Source: Diplonema japonicum
Lineage: Eukaryota > Protista > Euglenozoa: Diplonemea
Direction of reading: 5' to 3'
Assembly: GCA_964019335.1 (NCBI GenBank)
Contig: OZ025678.1
Coordinates: forward strand, 124,001 to 188,000
DNA: 64,000 nt
The translations under genes were made by a program, and so were the position numbers. Below are positions 23,304 through 34,628 of the stretch, piece after piece (position 1 is the first letter of the stretch; each line of letters opens with the position of its first letter). The notes under the pieces are model-generated. The model saw only the letters and a program-made list of their open reading frames with translations, did no database searches and had not been told where the DNA came from.

Positions 23304-26300
23304 GAACACGACGCAAGAGACGTGGACTGGTCACATTCAGTGCTGGAGCACCCTACGTTGCGCTGCCCAGACGGAGAAGGGTATTGTGCCGAGAACAACT
23401 ACCTGACGACCTCACCAACACGTCCCTTGGAAAAAGCGATTATTTTCTTGATTTTTTTTTATTGTTGTTTTAGCAAGCTCCTGCTAGCTGTTTTGCTATA
23501 TTTTCTTCTTCTTCTTTTTTTTTTTTTTTTTTTTCTTCTTCTTTCCCCCCCCACGCTGCACACTTAACGGCAAATAGTGTTGCGACCAAAGCCCCATTTT
23601 TTTTTTGACTTTTACTCTTTTATTTGTTTTATTCGTTTCTTTGTTTCTTTTTTTATTATTATTTATTATTAGTCTATCAATCATTGACCTCCTAACCTTT
23701 TCGGCCACACCACGCCCCTTTGCCCCTCTCTCCTGCGACTGGTTCGGCTCCCCGACCGAAAACAATCATCTGATCTACTCGTTGGCAATAATCCACCTCC
23801 CGCGGGCACATTTCCTCATTATGAAAAGGTCGAAGCGGTCCATTGCGCGAGAAGCGAGGAAACGGCTCATGACACACGGTGACGTCCACCCCAATCCGGG
23901 GCCCGAGAAGGGGAAGAAGGAAATCACTATTATCTCTGTGAACGTGACGAACCTCCCAAATCAGCTGAACAGGGTCAAACTACAGGAGTTTGACGTGATT
24001 TGCCTGCAAGAGACCGCCCTTACGCAAGCGGGGCAATGGATGATGGACAAGGAAGCGAAGCAAGACGTTTTCCTAAAAGAACACCGTCTCTTTTGGGGAC
24101 CCCCACAACAAGGGAAGGTGTCAAAAGGTGCAGAATCCCCCTCAATCGCCCAAAGAGGAGGCGTGGGAATTATGGTGAACAAGCAACTGACAGCTAAGAA
24201 GGAATCCTCCCTTTTCGAGGACCACAACACCAACTCGCGAAGGGTACATGTAAGAGTCGCGATTGGGAAACGTGACTGGTTACACATTATCACCCTCTAC
24301 TGCCAGGTAAGCGACGGCTCCAGACACGCCAAGAGAAATAGGGAGGCGCTAATATCCGACACCCTACAGAGATCGGCTCAGCTGGGGGACGTTCCGGTCA
24401 TTGTGACAGGAGACTTCAACACGACGATAATGGACTCCCCGGTCCTCTCGCACGCCCTCTCTCAACATTGGACAGACGCTTCGAACAAAATATCGCGCCT
24501 ACATGGAACACAAGCCCCTCCTACCTTCGTAACTGCAACAGCGAAGACGAGGCCAGACTACATCTTGGTGAACAAGACAGCAGCGATGGCGCTGACCGAC
24601 TGCCAGACTCTGGACATTGGCGTACCCTCACACCGCGCACTAGTAATTAGAATCGATATGCCGAGATTCTACGAGCCCTCACTCCAGTACAGTATACCCA
24701 AGAAGATCATCCCTCTCCATGACTCCCGGAACCGCGCTCCGTACAGCGACATTCTCCCTACTTTGAGATCCCTGAAAGACAACGGGGACCTGGATGCAGC
24801 TTTCTTAGAGCTTTCTTCTGCTTGCGAGAAACACCTTTTGAGTGGAACGGCGCAGCTGGAGAATTCGATCTACTCTGGCAGAGGCGTGATTAATACCCCC
24901 AGCATGCGGAGGACGGCGGCTCCGTCTACGATGACAGCATTTGGGGCAGTCTCTAAAAAGTACCTAACACTTGAGAAAATCCGGCAGAGTGCAGCCGCTA
25001 TTGTGCGGAGAGTCCCACTGTTGAAAGACCCGGCCCTGCCGTATGACCTACGCAAGAGCTGGGACAATATTAAGGCAAAGGCAATTAAGATCCTACGGTT
25101 CCACCCGGAAACCTTCTCCGAGGGTAACATCGTCAAGGAAGCAGACCTGATTCGGGAGAACGTTACGGCACGACAACGGAACATGGACATCGCTTCGAAG
25201 ATCCTGCGCAACGTGAAGGCACGGAGGGATCTGAACTCGGGTTTCTCGGTGAACCGGAGCGCGATTATGCAATTTGTGACGGACAAGCCAAATAGAGAGC
25301 TAGTTGCAGCAAACACGAACGGTACCCTCTCGACCTCAGTCGAAGAGATAGACCAAGCCTTCAGGTCGGCATGGCGCCACATCTTCCGCAAATACGAGGA
25401 CCACCCTGAGCCGAGTTTTGATTCTTTTGAGGAAACTTTTGGGTCGCAGATCACCCACCACCCCATGGTCGACCTCGCGATCACGCTAGAAGACCTGCGA
25501 AGAGTGCTGAGTAAGAAGGAGAAACAGGAATGCGCTGGGATCGATGGATGGAGGCTCTGCGAACGCCCACTTACCAGATGCCCTGCTAGAGGGATTCATC
25601 TTCCTATACAACTGGATTGAGGATGAGGGACGATGGCCAAAGGCAGTCCTGACCGCGCTTGTTACGATGATCCCGAAAGGAGAATCCGAAGAGCCGCTAG
25701 ATCACAGACCTATTACTGTATCGAGCGCATTCTATCGGCTCTGGGCTGGCGCACGACTACCAGCCATCCTCGAATGGCAAGAGGAGTGGATTACTCCGCT
25801 CCAATTCGGCTTCAGACCGGAACACAGCACAGATGACCTCCTCGCGAAGGTCTGCACCAGTGTGGAGTTGGCAAAAGTATCTGGCAACCACCTTTGGGGT
25901 CTCTCGGTCGACTTCAAGAAATGCTTTGACTCTGTCCCCCACGCACTCACGTTCGAACTGGTCGATCGGTTAGGCCTAAGCCAGCTCATCCTGAGACCGA
26001 TCAAGGCCATCTACTCTGACCTAATCCGCCGCCTACGTTTCCCCGTGGGAGTAGGTGCTCCATTCCGAACCACGAATGGAATACTCCAGGGATGCCCGAT
26101 CTCGCCCGTTTTCATCAACGCAATCCTTGCCATCTTCACCAAGAAATGTACGGCAAATCCAAGAAACGCACACCCAGTGTCATATGCAGACGACCTTAAC
26201 TTCACGTCAATTACCTCGGAGGCCGCGGTTCAGCGTTCCGTAAATCTACTAGGCAGCCTTTGCAAGCTCACGGGGATGACCGTACACCCGAAGAAGACCA

Positions 26301-28041
26301 GGTCATTTGGAACGAAACCCAAATACCGGGGGAATGTGAAGTTGAACGGAGAGACCTTTGCCACGACCAGTAGTCTGCAAATCTTAGGGGTACAAATCTA
26401 CTTCCAGCCGAGCAGGAGGGATAACTCGAGGGTCCACAAAGCCCTGGCCGAAATAGAACGCCTCGCCTCAACTAGGCTATACCACGATCGCAAGGTACGG
26501 ATCATCGCAGAGAACATCCTGCCATCCGCCTTCTACGGCATCCTGTTCGACCCGATCCCGGACTCTTGGCTGGAGAAATTGAAGAAGCGGATCACTCTTT
26601 GCGTCTGGGGTGCCCGCAACCCAATGCGCTCCTCCAGCGCCCTGCTGGGAATTGCCCATAAGGGACACACCCTGGACCCGTACTCTACTGCGATCTACAA
26701 GGCCATCTCTACTCTGGGACGACTTTGCACACGACATTCGAACAAGTCCCTTTTCATATCATGCTGGGAAGCGTACAGGAGAGCAAGGGATCAAGGCTCT
26801 CCATCATTTCCGATGGGACCATTTGCCAATGCAGACCTATGGCTCCGAGAAATAGGGTCAAGGTGGAAGGACTTCCAGACGAAGATACCGCAAGGCAAAC
26901 AGCTCCTGAAACACGAGATCAGGACGCTGCTGAAAGCCAAACTACGTGAGGATCTGGCCGAAGAGCGAGACACCTACCAGGGGGTCGAAACAGGCATTGA
27001 CGAGGAGAAAACGAACTTCCTCCACAACGAGGTGACGACCACCAACCCACAGAAAGCAAGGAGGATACTTTGTGCCATTGCGGGCGCGATGCTTCCCCTA
27101 CACCCCAGAGCTTACGGCGACATGAACGGCTCACATACGAAATGCCTGGGGTGTGGCACACCATATAACATTGGGAACGGGACCAGCTCCCTACTACAAC
27201 ATACGATCTGGCAATGCCCAGCGCACGCCGACTGCAGAACGACCAACACTGACCGCATTCGGCTGGTGCAAGACCACGTCAGCTGGCCAAGCTGCGCCCG
27301 ACTACACGGCATTATTACCTCTGATATGGACATAAGCCTGACAAGTGTCAAGGAACTACACCTGATGTTTGCGGAAATTGCGGGGAAACTCGAGAGCCTG
27401 CACACCGAGAAGCAGGTCAGATACGACAATCTGCACTTCTGGAAAAGACCATTCCAACCGGGAAACCTATTAGAACCGAAATCCCTCATTTGGTATCACA
27501 AGCACGGGCTGGGGAAGAAGTACTTCCCGGGGCTGATCCCGTTTGTCCTCAAATGGCTGAGTGCCCTGAAATGGGGCAAGGATGGAGGGCAAGTGTCCAA
27601 GGCGGAGCTTGCTGTCGACTTCATAGCAACGGAGAGAATCCACATGGGTGGTGAAGACCTGGCATGCTGGGCTAGGAAAATCGGAAGAATCCTCAACGTC
27701 CTGGACAGGGCACACAGAACAGGAACGGGGAATCACCTGATTCCAGCAGAAACTAAGAAGTCAGTACACTCACTGCGTACCCTGGGGCTCCACAGCCATT
27801 CCATCATTGGATACTCCACTCGTCCGGTCTTCGCGTCCCCGAAGGCAACCCACCCGATCCTAGAGGAGCAACTGCGAACGCATTGCATCCTCAACAACTC
27901 GCTAGTCGGTTTCACGCCCAAGCTGCTGATGAGATACTACGACGGGCCTAAGGCACTACCACGACAGAAGGGATCAAACACTAGATGAGTTGATTGTCGT
28001 TAGGCGATCCTGTCACATACTGCAGGTTCCCTTCAAAGACA

Positions 28042-28069
<28 letters not shown>
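23304..28069 (+). mobile_element. Non-LTR retrotransposon (APE endonuclease + RT + Cys/His finger), single ORF with one frameshift
   Basis: APE motifs SVNV, CLQET, GDFN, TRPDYIL and SH. RT motifs RPITV, QFGFR, DFKKCFDSV, GILQGCPISP and YADD. Finger CLGCG...HTIWQCPAH. The 3' end is a T26 run; the 5' boundary is approximate. Confidence 0.93.
23821..27988 (+). pseudogene. LINE polyprotein (2A-like, APE, RT, Zn finger), frameshifted near 25564
   Basis: GIDGWRLCE in one frame continues as AHLPDALLEGF in another; otherwise the ORF is open. Confidence 0.85.
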
Positions 28070-28074
<5 letters not shown>

Positions 28075-28110
28075 AAGCGATGACCAAATAGTGAGAGGGG
28101 GCGGGAGGTT

Positions 28111-29379
28111 ATGGAAATGGAAGGTGACCCCAACTGGGAGAAGAAGATCGTTGATTTTTATACAGAGCATAACCCTAGTAAGGTGAGCCATGTAAGTGCC
28201 CTACTAAAGCGATTTGAGGGCCAAGAGGCTGAACTGTGGGACGCGCTACGAGACAAATACCAGTCTGCAATGAAGCAAGACGACGAAACGGAGCTGCACT
28301 CCCCTGCAAGGGTCAGAGTCAGGTCCAAGCCAGGCCTGAGTGATCACTTTATAACAACAGTAAGCAGGGCCACCTTGGATCACCCTCTGGGTCTCACCTT
28401 TTCCGGTACCATGATAACTGCTGTTGAACCAGGCTCACCAGCGGACTCTGCAGGCCTCGCTCCAGAAATGACGATTTTAACCATCGACTCTGTCCCTCTT
28501 GAGGGCAACGCTGTTGGCGAAGCGATTGCAAGTGCAGGGGAAACCTTTACCCTGTCAGTGAGGCGGGCAACACGACCGAAAACACCCGAAGCTGGAAGGG
28601 TATGCAAGGAGGGGACAAGCAAAACAACACAAAAAATCAGATCAAAATGACCGTGGCCAGCCAAAACAAGGAAAAACAAACAGCGAAGGAAGACACTACG
28701 GTATTTACCCCCCCCCCCCCCCCCCCCCCCCTTATTTTAAAAAAAGTGGGCGCAACGAGATTTCTGGCCACCACCGGAACCGAAGTTCGTGGCGAAAAAA
28801 GGATGGAAATCGATGTCGCCGTCACCGGGCAGGAAGGGGTACAGTGCTACTCCAAAACGTGGAAGCGAGTCGGCTTCACCCGAGCCGCACGCACATGAAG
28901 CCCCAGCCGCACAAACATCTGCCCAAACACCAGAAACCTTAACACCAAGGAGCAGGTTCAAAGCACAGAGGAAACCGTCTGTCCCCGTGTTGTCTGGAAT
29001 GAAGAGTAATGAGCGGCAGCAATCACAACCCCGGGACGCCATGGCTGAGCTGCACACAGCATCAAACATTCGTTGTAAAGATTCAGAACAAATCAACACC
29101 GGGAATTGGGTATCCGTAATGACGCCAGGACTACGAGGACCTCTCACAGCTACTGAAAAATTCGAACTTTCCCTACAAGAAAAGGGGGAGCGGAGGAGGT
29201 CTGTCAACGAACACACGCGGAAGATAAAAGCCGAGGAGGAAAAACTGCTGCACATAGAGGAGAGGATCCTACGAGAGGACGCCGAGCGGGCGAAGAGACT
29301 GGAGTCGAAAATCGCTGAATGGGAGGACCTCATGGCTAAGAAAGAGCATGTTAGGAAGCAGAGAATGCGCCTGTCTTAG
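28111..29379 (+). CDS. PDZ-domain protein; introns 28600-28640 and 28701-28746
   Basis: N-terminal FYTEHNPSKV...LLKRFEGQEAELWDALRDKY helical module and PDZ PLGLTF...ITAVEPGSPADSAGL...ILTIDSVP. Two phase-0 introns join the three ORFs. C-terminal coiled coil. Confidence 0.82.
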
Positions 29380-29776
29380 AAGAACAGAATATCGTTCTAT
29401 TTTTTGTTTTCTCCCCCCCCCCCCCTTCCCCTTTGCACTTGAGGGCATATCAACTCACTTAGCTTTGTGTTGATCGAGCATGAAAGAAGAAAAGGGAAAG
29501 ATTGTATGTTTTGAATGAATGAAGAAATATTTTCCATCGCGCCTCAATGTGAAATGTGAAATTTGAAGGGGGGGGGGGGGGAGGGGGAGGATTTTTTTTT
29601 TGGGAAAAAAAAAAAGAAGCTATTATTTGTGTTACACGTTTCTCTTCAATTTACTTCATTTTTTTTTTCCAAAAACGCAAACCCAAAATGGGAAGATAGA
29701 GGGGTTATCTTAAACGGGGGTGAATGGCATGAAGTAAACAAAAAAAAAAAGGAAAAAAAAAGCGGTGTATTTTAAT

Positions 29777-30376
29777 TATTATTTCACTCTTCAGAAATTA
29801 CTTCACGCACTGGGGGGCCCATTACTTCACGCTAAATCTCATTACTTCACGGTGAAATAATGGCCTGTTTCCCGTGAAGTAATAGGGGGTTTCCGTTAAA
29901 TAATATGCCTCGGTAGCCAATTTTTGCCTCGGTTCGGTTCCCAGTGGGGCTACTTTTTCTTCTCAGTTTGCTATTTCCCCCCAGGTTCAGCTCAATTGGC
30001 CAACTTTGCCTCGGCTCAGTTCCAAGTTGGACTACTTTTTCCTCCCAATTTGCCCACTTTTGGCTAGGCCTTGTTCCCAGTTTCTGGGGGTAACTCTTCT
30101 GTGGGTAAGGGTAACTTAGTTAGCTTACCCAAGCTCCCCAAAAGACTTCAAAATACCGAAGCAGCAGAAGAAAAGGAGCCAGCGGCCGCGCCAGGATGGG
30201 AAGGCCTGATTAGAGATGGTGACAGTGGCGATGCCAGCGACAGCGGCAGCTCTTAGTCAACAAAAGGAGGGAAAACAACTTGTATTGTAACCTTTGTAAC
30301 CCCTCTCTTGTTGTACCCCTTGTCACCCTGTTGTGCCCCTCGTGGTGAAGTAGTTTCAGAGTGTCGTGAAATAAAA
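29777..30376. repeat. MITE-like non-coding element with imperfect TIRs and internal repeats
   Basis: ATTACTTCACG occurs x3 at 29797-29851, with inverted copies GTGAAGTA at ~29874 and ~30345. Left TATTTCAC...GAAATTACTTCAC mirrors right GTGAAGTAGTTTC...GTGAAATA. Internal TTTGCCTCGG...CTACTTTTTC is duplicated. Confidence 0.5.
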
Positions 30377-30380
30377 CCAC

Positions 30381-30486
30381 TTACCTACCGCCAAGTAATG
30401 CTTTACCGACCTCGAGGTTCCGCATTTTACCTGGTAAAATGCGGAACCTCGAGGTAACGGTAAAGTCATTACTTGTTGGCAGTAAA
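30381..30486. repeat. Long near-perfect palindrome (hairpin)
   Basis: Perfect 23-1-23 core ACCTCGAGGTTCCGCATTTTACC-T-GGTAAAATGCGGAACCTCGAGGT (30409-30455), extended by CTTTACCG/CGGTAAAG and CAAGTAATG/CATTACTTG. Confidence 0.95.
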
Positions 30487-30676
30487 TAGCTATTATTTTT
30501 CCTTTTTTATTTTATTTTTATTTTATTTTTATTTTTCTTTGTACTGTTCCCAAGAGAAAAAAAAAAAACAAATATTGTTGTTGTTTTCTTTCTTTTTTTT
30601 TTTCTCTCTTTTTTTTTGATCAAAAAAGATTTTTTTTTATTCTCCCAGAAAAAGGGTGGTGGAAAAAAAAAAAAAA

Positions 30677-31289
30677 ATGGAATTATGCGGAAGTGCGGTG
30701 AAAACACTGAAGGCGGTCTCTAAAGAGGACTCAGCGGTGAGCAAAAAGATGCTGGCGAAAATTGCAGAGTGGACCCTGAAGGAGCTGATCGGTGAAAGCG
30801 AGGGCATGGCTGATTTTGGAGAGACGGATGATCTAGCTGCCAGGAGCATACACAGTGCGTTGTGCATTCTGTACATAGAAGCAGGGAAGACGAACAGCGA
30901 ATCTTCTGATATCCAAGATTTTCTAGAGAATCAGTGTGGGTGGGCTGACCCCGACCGCATCTCAGCTGTTGCCTCACCTCTCTACTCATCTTCTCTGCCT
31001 CACATTCGGGAAAAACTTTCTTCTACAACAGTAATGAACCCGTCAGTAACTGAGATGCAATGGCGCATAGACCATACGCTTGGAGACCGTGAGCTTGACG
31101 TCCCCACCAAGTCACGGCAGCGGTATGAGGTGAACATCTCCCTCTCGGATGGCGAAGACCTGGGCATTTCTTGCACGGCCGAGCAAATGCAGGTATTTTT
31201 GGGGCGAAAAAAAAAAAAAAAAAAAAAAGATTTTTGCCGAAAAACTCCGAGATATGCTTGCAGAGACGCATCGCGTCCACAATAACTAA
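30677..31289 (+). CDS. COMMD3: COMM domain protein, COMMD3-like; intron 31193-31229
   Basis: ILYIEAGK, VTEMQWRID and ISCTAEQMQ|IFAEKLRD match the COMMD3 pattern (YILEAGK, DVSWRLE, FSCSMEQLQDLVGKLKD). Confidence 0.8.
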
Positions 31290-31545
31290 AAATTGAGGAG
31301 GAAAAAAAATGCGGGGGGGGGGGGGGGGGGGGCATGGTGAGGAAAAGTAGGGAAGGGAGAGAGAGAGAGGGGAAAAAAAAAAAAAAATAGTGTTGTGCAA
31401 TTATGTTTTTTTTTTTACCCCACCGTGTGGTGTAAGTTCTTTTTTGAGTCTCGTATCTTTCCTCTACCTTCGATGTTTTTTTTTTTTTTTTTTTTTTTTT
31501 TTTCCACCCCTAGCCCGTCCAAATTACTTACCCCAAAGGAAGAAG

Positions 31546-31578
<33 letters not shown>

Positions 31579-33605
31579 ATGGGCAAGGCAAAAAGAGAAG
31601 AGGTTGTGCAGTTAAAAAATCCTCTATGCAAGGGAATAGTCTGCGGGCTGGAGTGGCTTTGGGAAGTGAACGCATCGTTCAAAGACGTCCAGATTAAGTA
31701 CGTGCCAAGCGATGTGGGCGGGCTGGACAAGGTAAATGTGAGCGGGAACGAGCACAACGAAGTATGCGCAGCCGCGGCACAAATAAGGTGGGCCTGCGCC
31801 CCGTGGGAAGGACAACCACCATCAATCATGGTTATCGGTGAAATCACCAAAGGAGACACGCAACCCATCGCAACAAAAGGCGACAAGGTGTCCAAAGAAC
31901 TAGCCGTAACACACCCCGGCGTTTCCGCCCATTTCAAAGGAACCGACCACTGTAAAATAAAAATCAAAGGACCGGAACAAAGCCTCGCACCCACCGCGAA
32001 ACACATTCTTGAACAAGTTGGGGTATCCACTTCGGACTTCTCCAAACGGCCAAACACTATTATAAAACCCCTTCAAGACCAGGACCAGTTCGTGGCAAAC
32101 CAAAAAACAGTAAAGTCTATTCTCAATTCCCACCCCAAGCTTCGCATACACATTCCGGAAAAGGGTGAACGGGGAGCTTTGTACCTAGCAGGGCCTGTTC
32201 AAGAAGTGGAGTCGGCAGCTGTCAACTTGCGAGCTGTGCTGAGAACCATGGTGTCTGCTAAGAACAAGGACGACCTTCAAGCTTGGGAAAATTCGCTGAA
32301 GAAGAAAGAGCAGGAGCTTCTCGCGTGGGAGGACCGCCTCACCAAAAAAGAAAAATACCTCAACAGCATTCAGAAGGATCCCACCGGCGACAAGCAAAAG
32401 CCCAGCACAAAATCTGACGATGATTCAGCCCCTGTTTGCGACTGGACTGAGTATCCTGACCCGTCCACCAAGAGAACTTTTTTCTACAACGTCGTAACTA
32501 AGCGGTCACAGTGGAACAAACCCGAAGAACTCACCATCCTTGAGTTGTGGAAGGAAAAGCAGCAAGACAAGAAGGAAGCTGCGCAGAAGAAGGAGGTGGA
32601 ACAGCAGAAGGTGGAAAAGCAAAAATTAGAGCAGCAGAAGCTGCAGGAGCAGCAGAGGAAGAAAGACGAACAGCTTAAGCTCCTGGAACAGCAGAAGGCT
32701 ATCGAACAGCAAAAACAAGCGGAGCATCAAAAACAACTTCAGCAGCAACTGTTGATGCAGAAGCAGCAGCAGCTCATTCAGCAACAACAACTCCAGCAGC
32801 TTCTTATGCAACAGCAGCAGCAACAACAACAACAGCAGCAGCAGCAGCAGCAACAACAACAGCCCCCCCAGCCACCTCAGTCTAGGTTCTTGCAACAAGT
32901 GCAACCGCCTCCTCCTAAATCAGCACCGCAGGAACCTACTATTTTGCAGAAGCTTGCCCAACAGCAACAGGTGCAACAGGTCCAGCCTGCGGCGGTCGAA
33001 AGTGGAGGTGTGAATGTAATGGAGCTGCTGATGGGGAAGAGCACCCCTGCTGCCGCAGCACCGGAAAAAGCCTGCCACCCGTCCATTATCGCTTTCCTTC
33101 AGGAATCGAGACTAACTTACTTGGAGCCGTTGTTCAGGTATTCCTCCTTTGTCGGGGGGGAAAAAAAAAGAAAAAAGAAAAAAAAAAAGGAGTCTTGAGT
33201 CCATGGAAAAGCTTCTCGCGTTGGATTTCCAAGAGCTAGTAATACTGGTGAATGACCCCACCCAGAGGGGTCGTGTGGTTGATGTATGTAAATTCTTATC
33301 TAAATCATTAAAAAAAAAACCAGGCTGTGGACAGATATAGGAAAAAGCAAGCTCAGCCGAAAAAGGCTGCTCCAAGCAGCGCCATCGCAAGTCTTCAAAG
33401 CCAAATAGCGCAACTTAATAGCGCACCGAAGCCGGTGGAAAGCATCCCCACGACCGGGATAAAAAGTGCTGAGAAAAATGACAATTGGGTGTGTGTCCCC
33501 TCCCCTCGTTCCCTTCAAATTTCAACACAGAACAAGGACGGTGTTACTAAGTTCACCGGAGGGAGCAATGGCATCAATGTTGGAGATCTGATAAAGGGGA
33601 TGTAA
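31579..33605 (+). CDS. WW-domain, KH-like, polyQ protein; introns 33138-33189, 33284-33323 and probably 33489-33530
   Basis: WW domain WTEYPDPSTKRTFFYNVVTKRSQWNKP, KH-like segments and a CAG/CAA polyQ tract. The introns link the downstream ORFs in frame. Confidence 0.8.
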
Positions 33606-34628
33606 AAAAAAAAAAAAGGAAAAAAAAAAAGGCTTCTGTTTTTATTTATTTATTTATTCTTCCACCTCTTATGTAATGCTAATTACATTTTTGTGCTTTT
33701 TTTGGGGGGGGGTCCAACGGTTGTCCCTCTGTCACTGAAGGCGTCATAATGGCAAAGCTTTTGCTTGTCTCTTTTTTTTTTTTTTTTTTATATTTCTTAG
33801 TGTGTCACCACCCCCTCTTTTCTTCTTCCCCCTCTTCCTCCCCACTACTACACCCGCAAACCTTTACAAACAATTTTCAAGCTTGGGCCCCCCCTCCTCC
33901 CCCCGTTGTGGGGGCAAGCTAATTTTAACGCATGCTGGTGTAATGGCACCTTAAACACCGTAACACGGCCTTCAGACTATCTTTGAGCACAGCAGCAAGT
34001 GTCTAAAAAAAGGGGGGGAGGGAGTGGGGGAAAGGCTTGCCCTCGCCCTGCCGCTAAGGGGACCTTGACAACATAATTACGGGTTATAAACTACTCCCCA
34101 TTTTTGTGCCCCCTTTTAAAACCCCGAGCCCGAGGTGTTGTCGGGAAGAGGGAACGGGGAGGAGAGGAAAAAAAAAAAAAAAAAAAAAAAACAGAATAGA
34201 AAATAGAAAATGTGGCTTTTTTCAAAAAAAAAATAAATAAAGGAAAAAAAAAACTTTTTTACAAAGGGTGTATGGGGTGGAATTTTATTTCTTTGCGTAA
34301 CTTTTAGTTTCTAAGTTTTGCCCCTTTTCCCCCCCCGAAAAAAATCGCCAAAAAAAGACAACACATTCAACAACAACATTTCTTTTTAAAACTTTTTTTA
34401 GCCTGGTCAGTTTTGATGGGGGAAAAAAGAGGGGGGGGGGGGAAGAGGTTGTTAAACGTGCTGTTCTTGTTTTTCTTCTTCTTTTTTTTTTTCTTCTAAC
34501 TTTTTTTTTCCCCCTCCTTCCCCCCGTTCTCTCTCTCTCAAGAAAAAAAAGGGGGGTCGGTCAGTGGGTTGGTGAGGGGAGAGGCCGGGGGAGAGGGGGA
34601 GGGAAGGGAAAAAAAAAAAAAAAAAAGA

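Noticed and set aside
25544-25620. Programmed frameshift between two LINE ORFs
   Set aside because: The break falls just after the conserved GIDG RT-proximal motif with no slippery heptamer; a small deletion or sequencing error is simpler.
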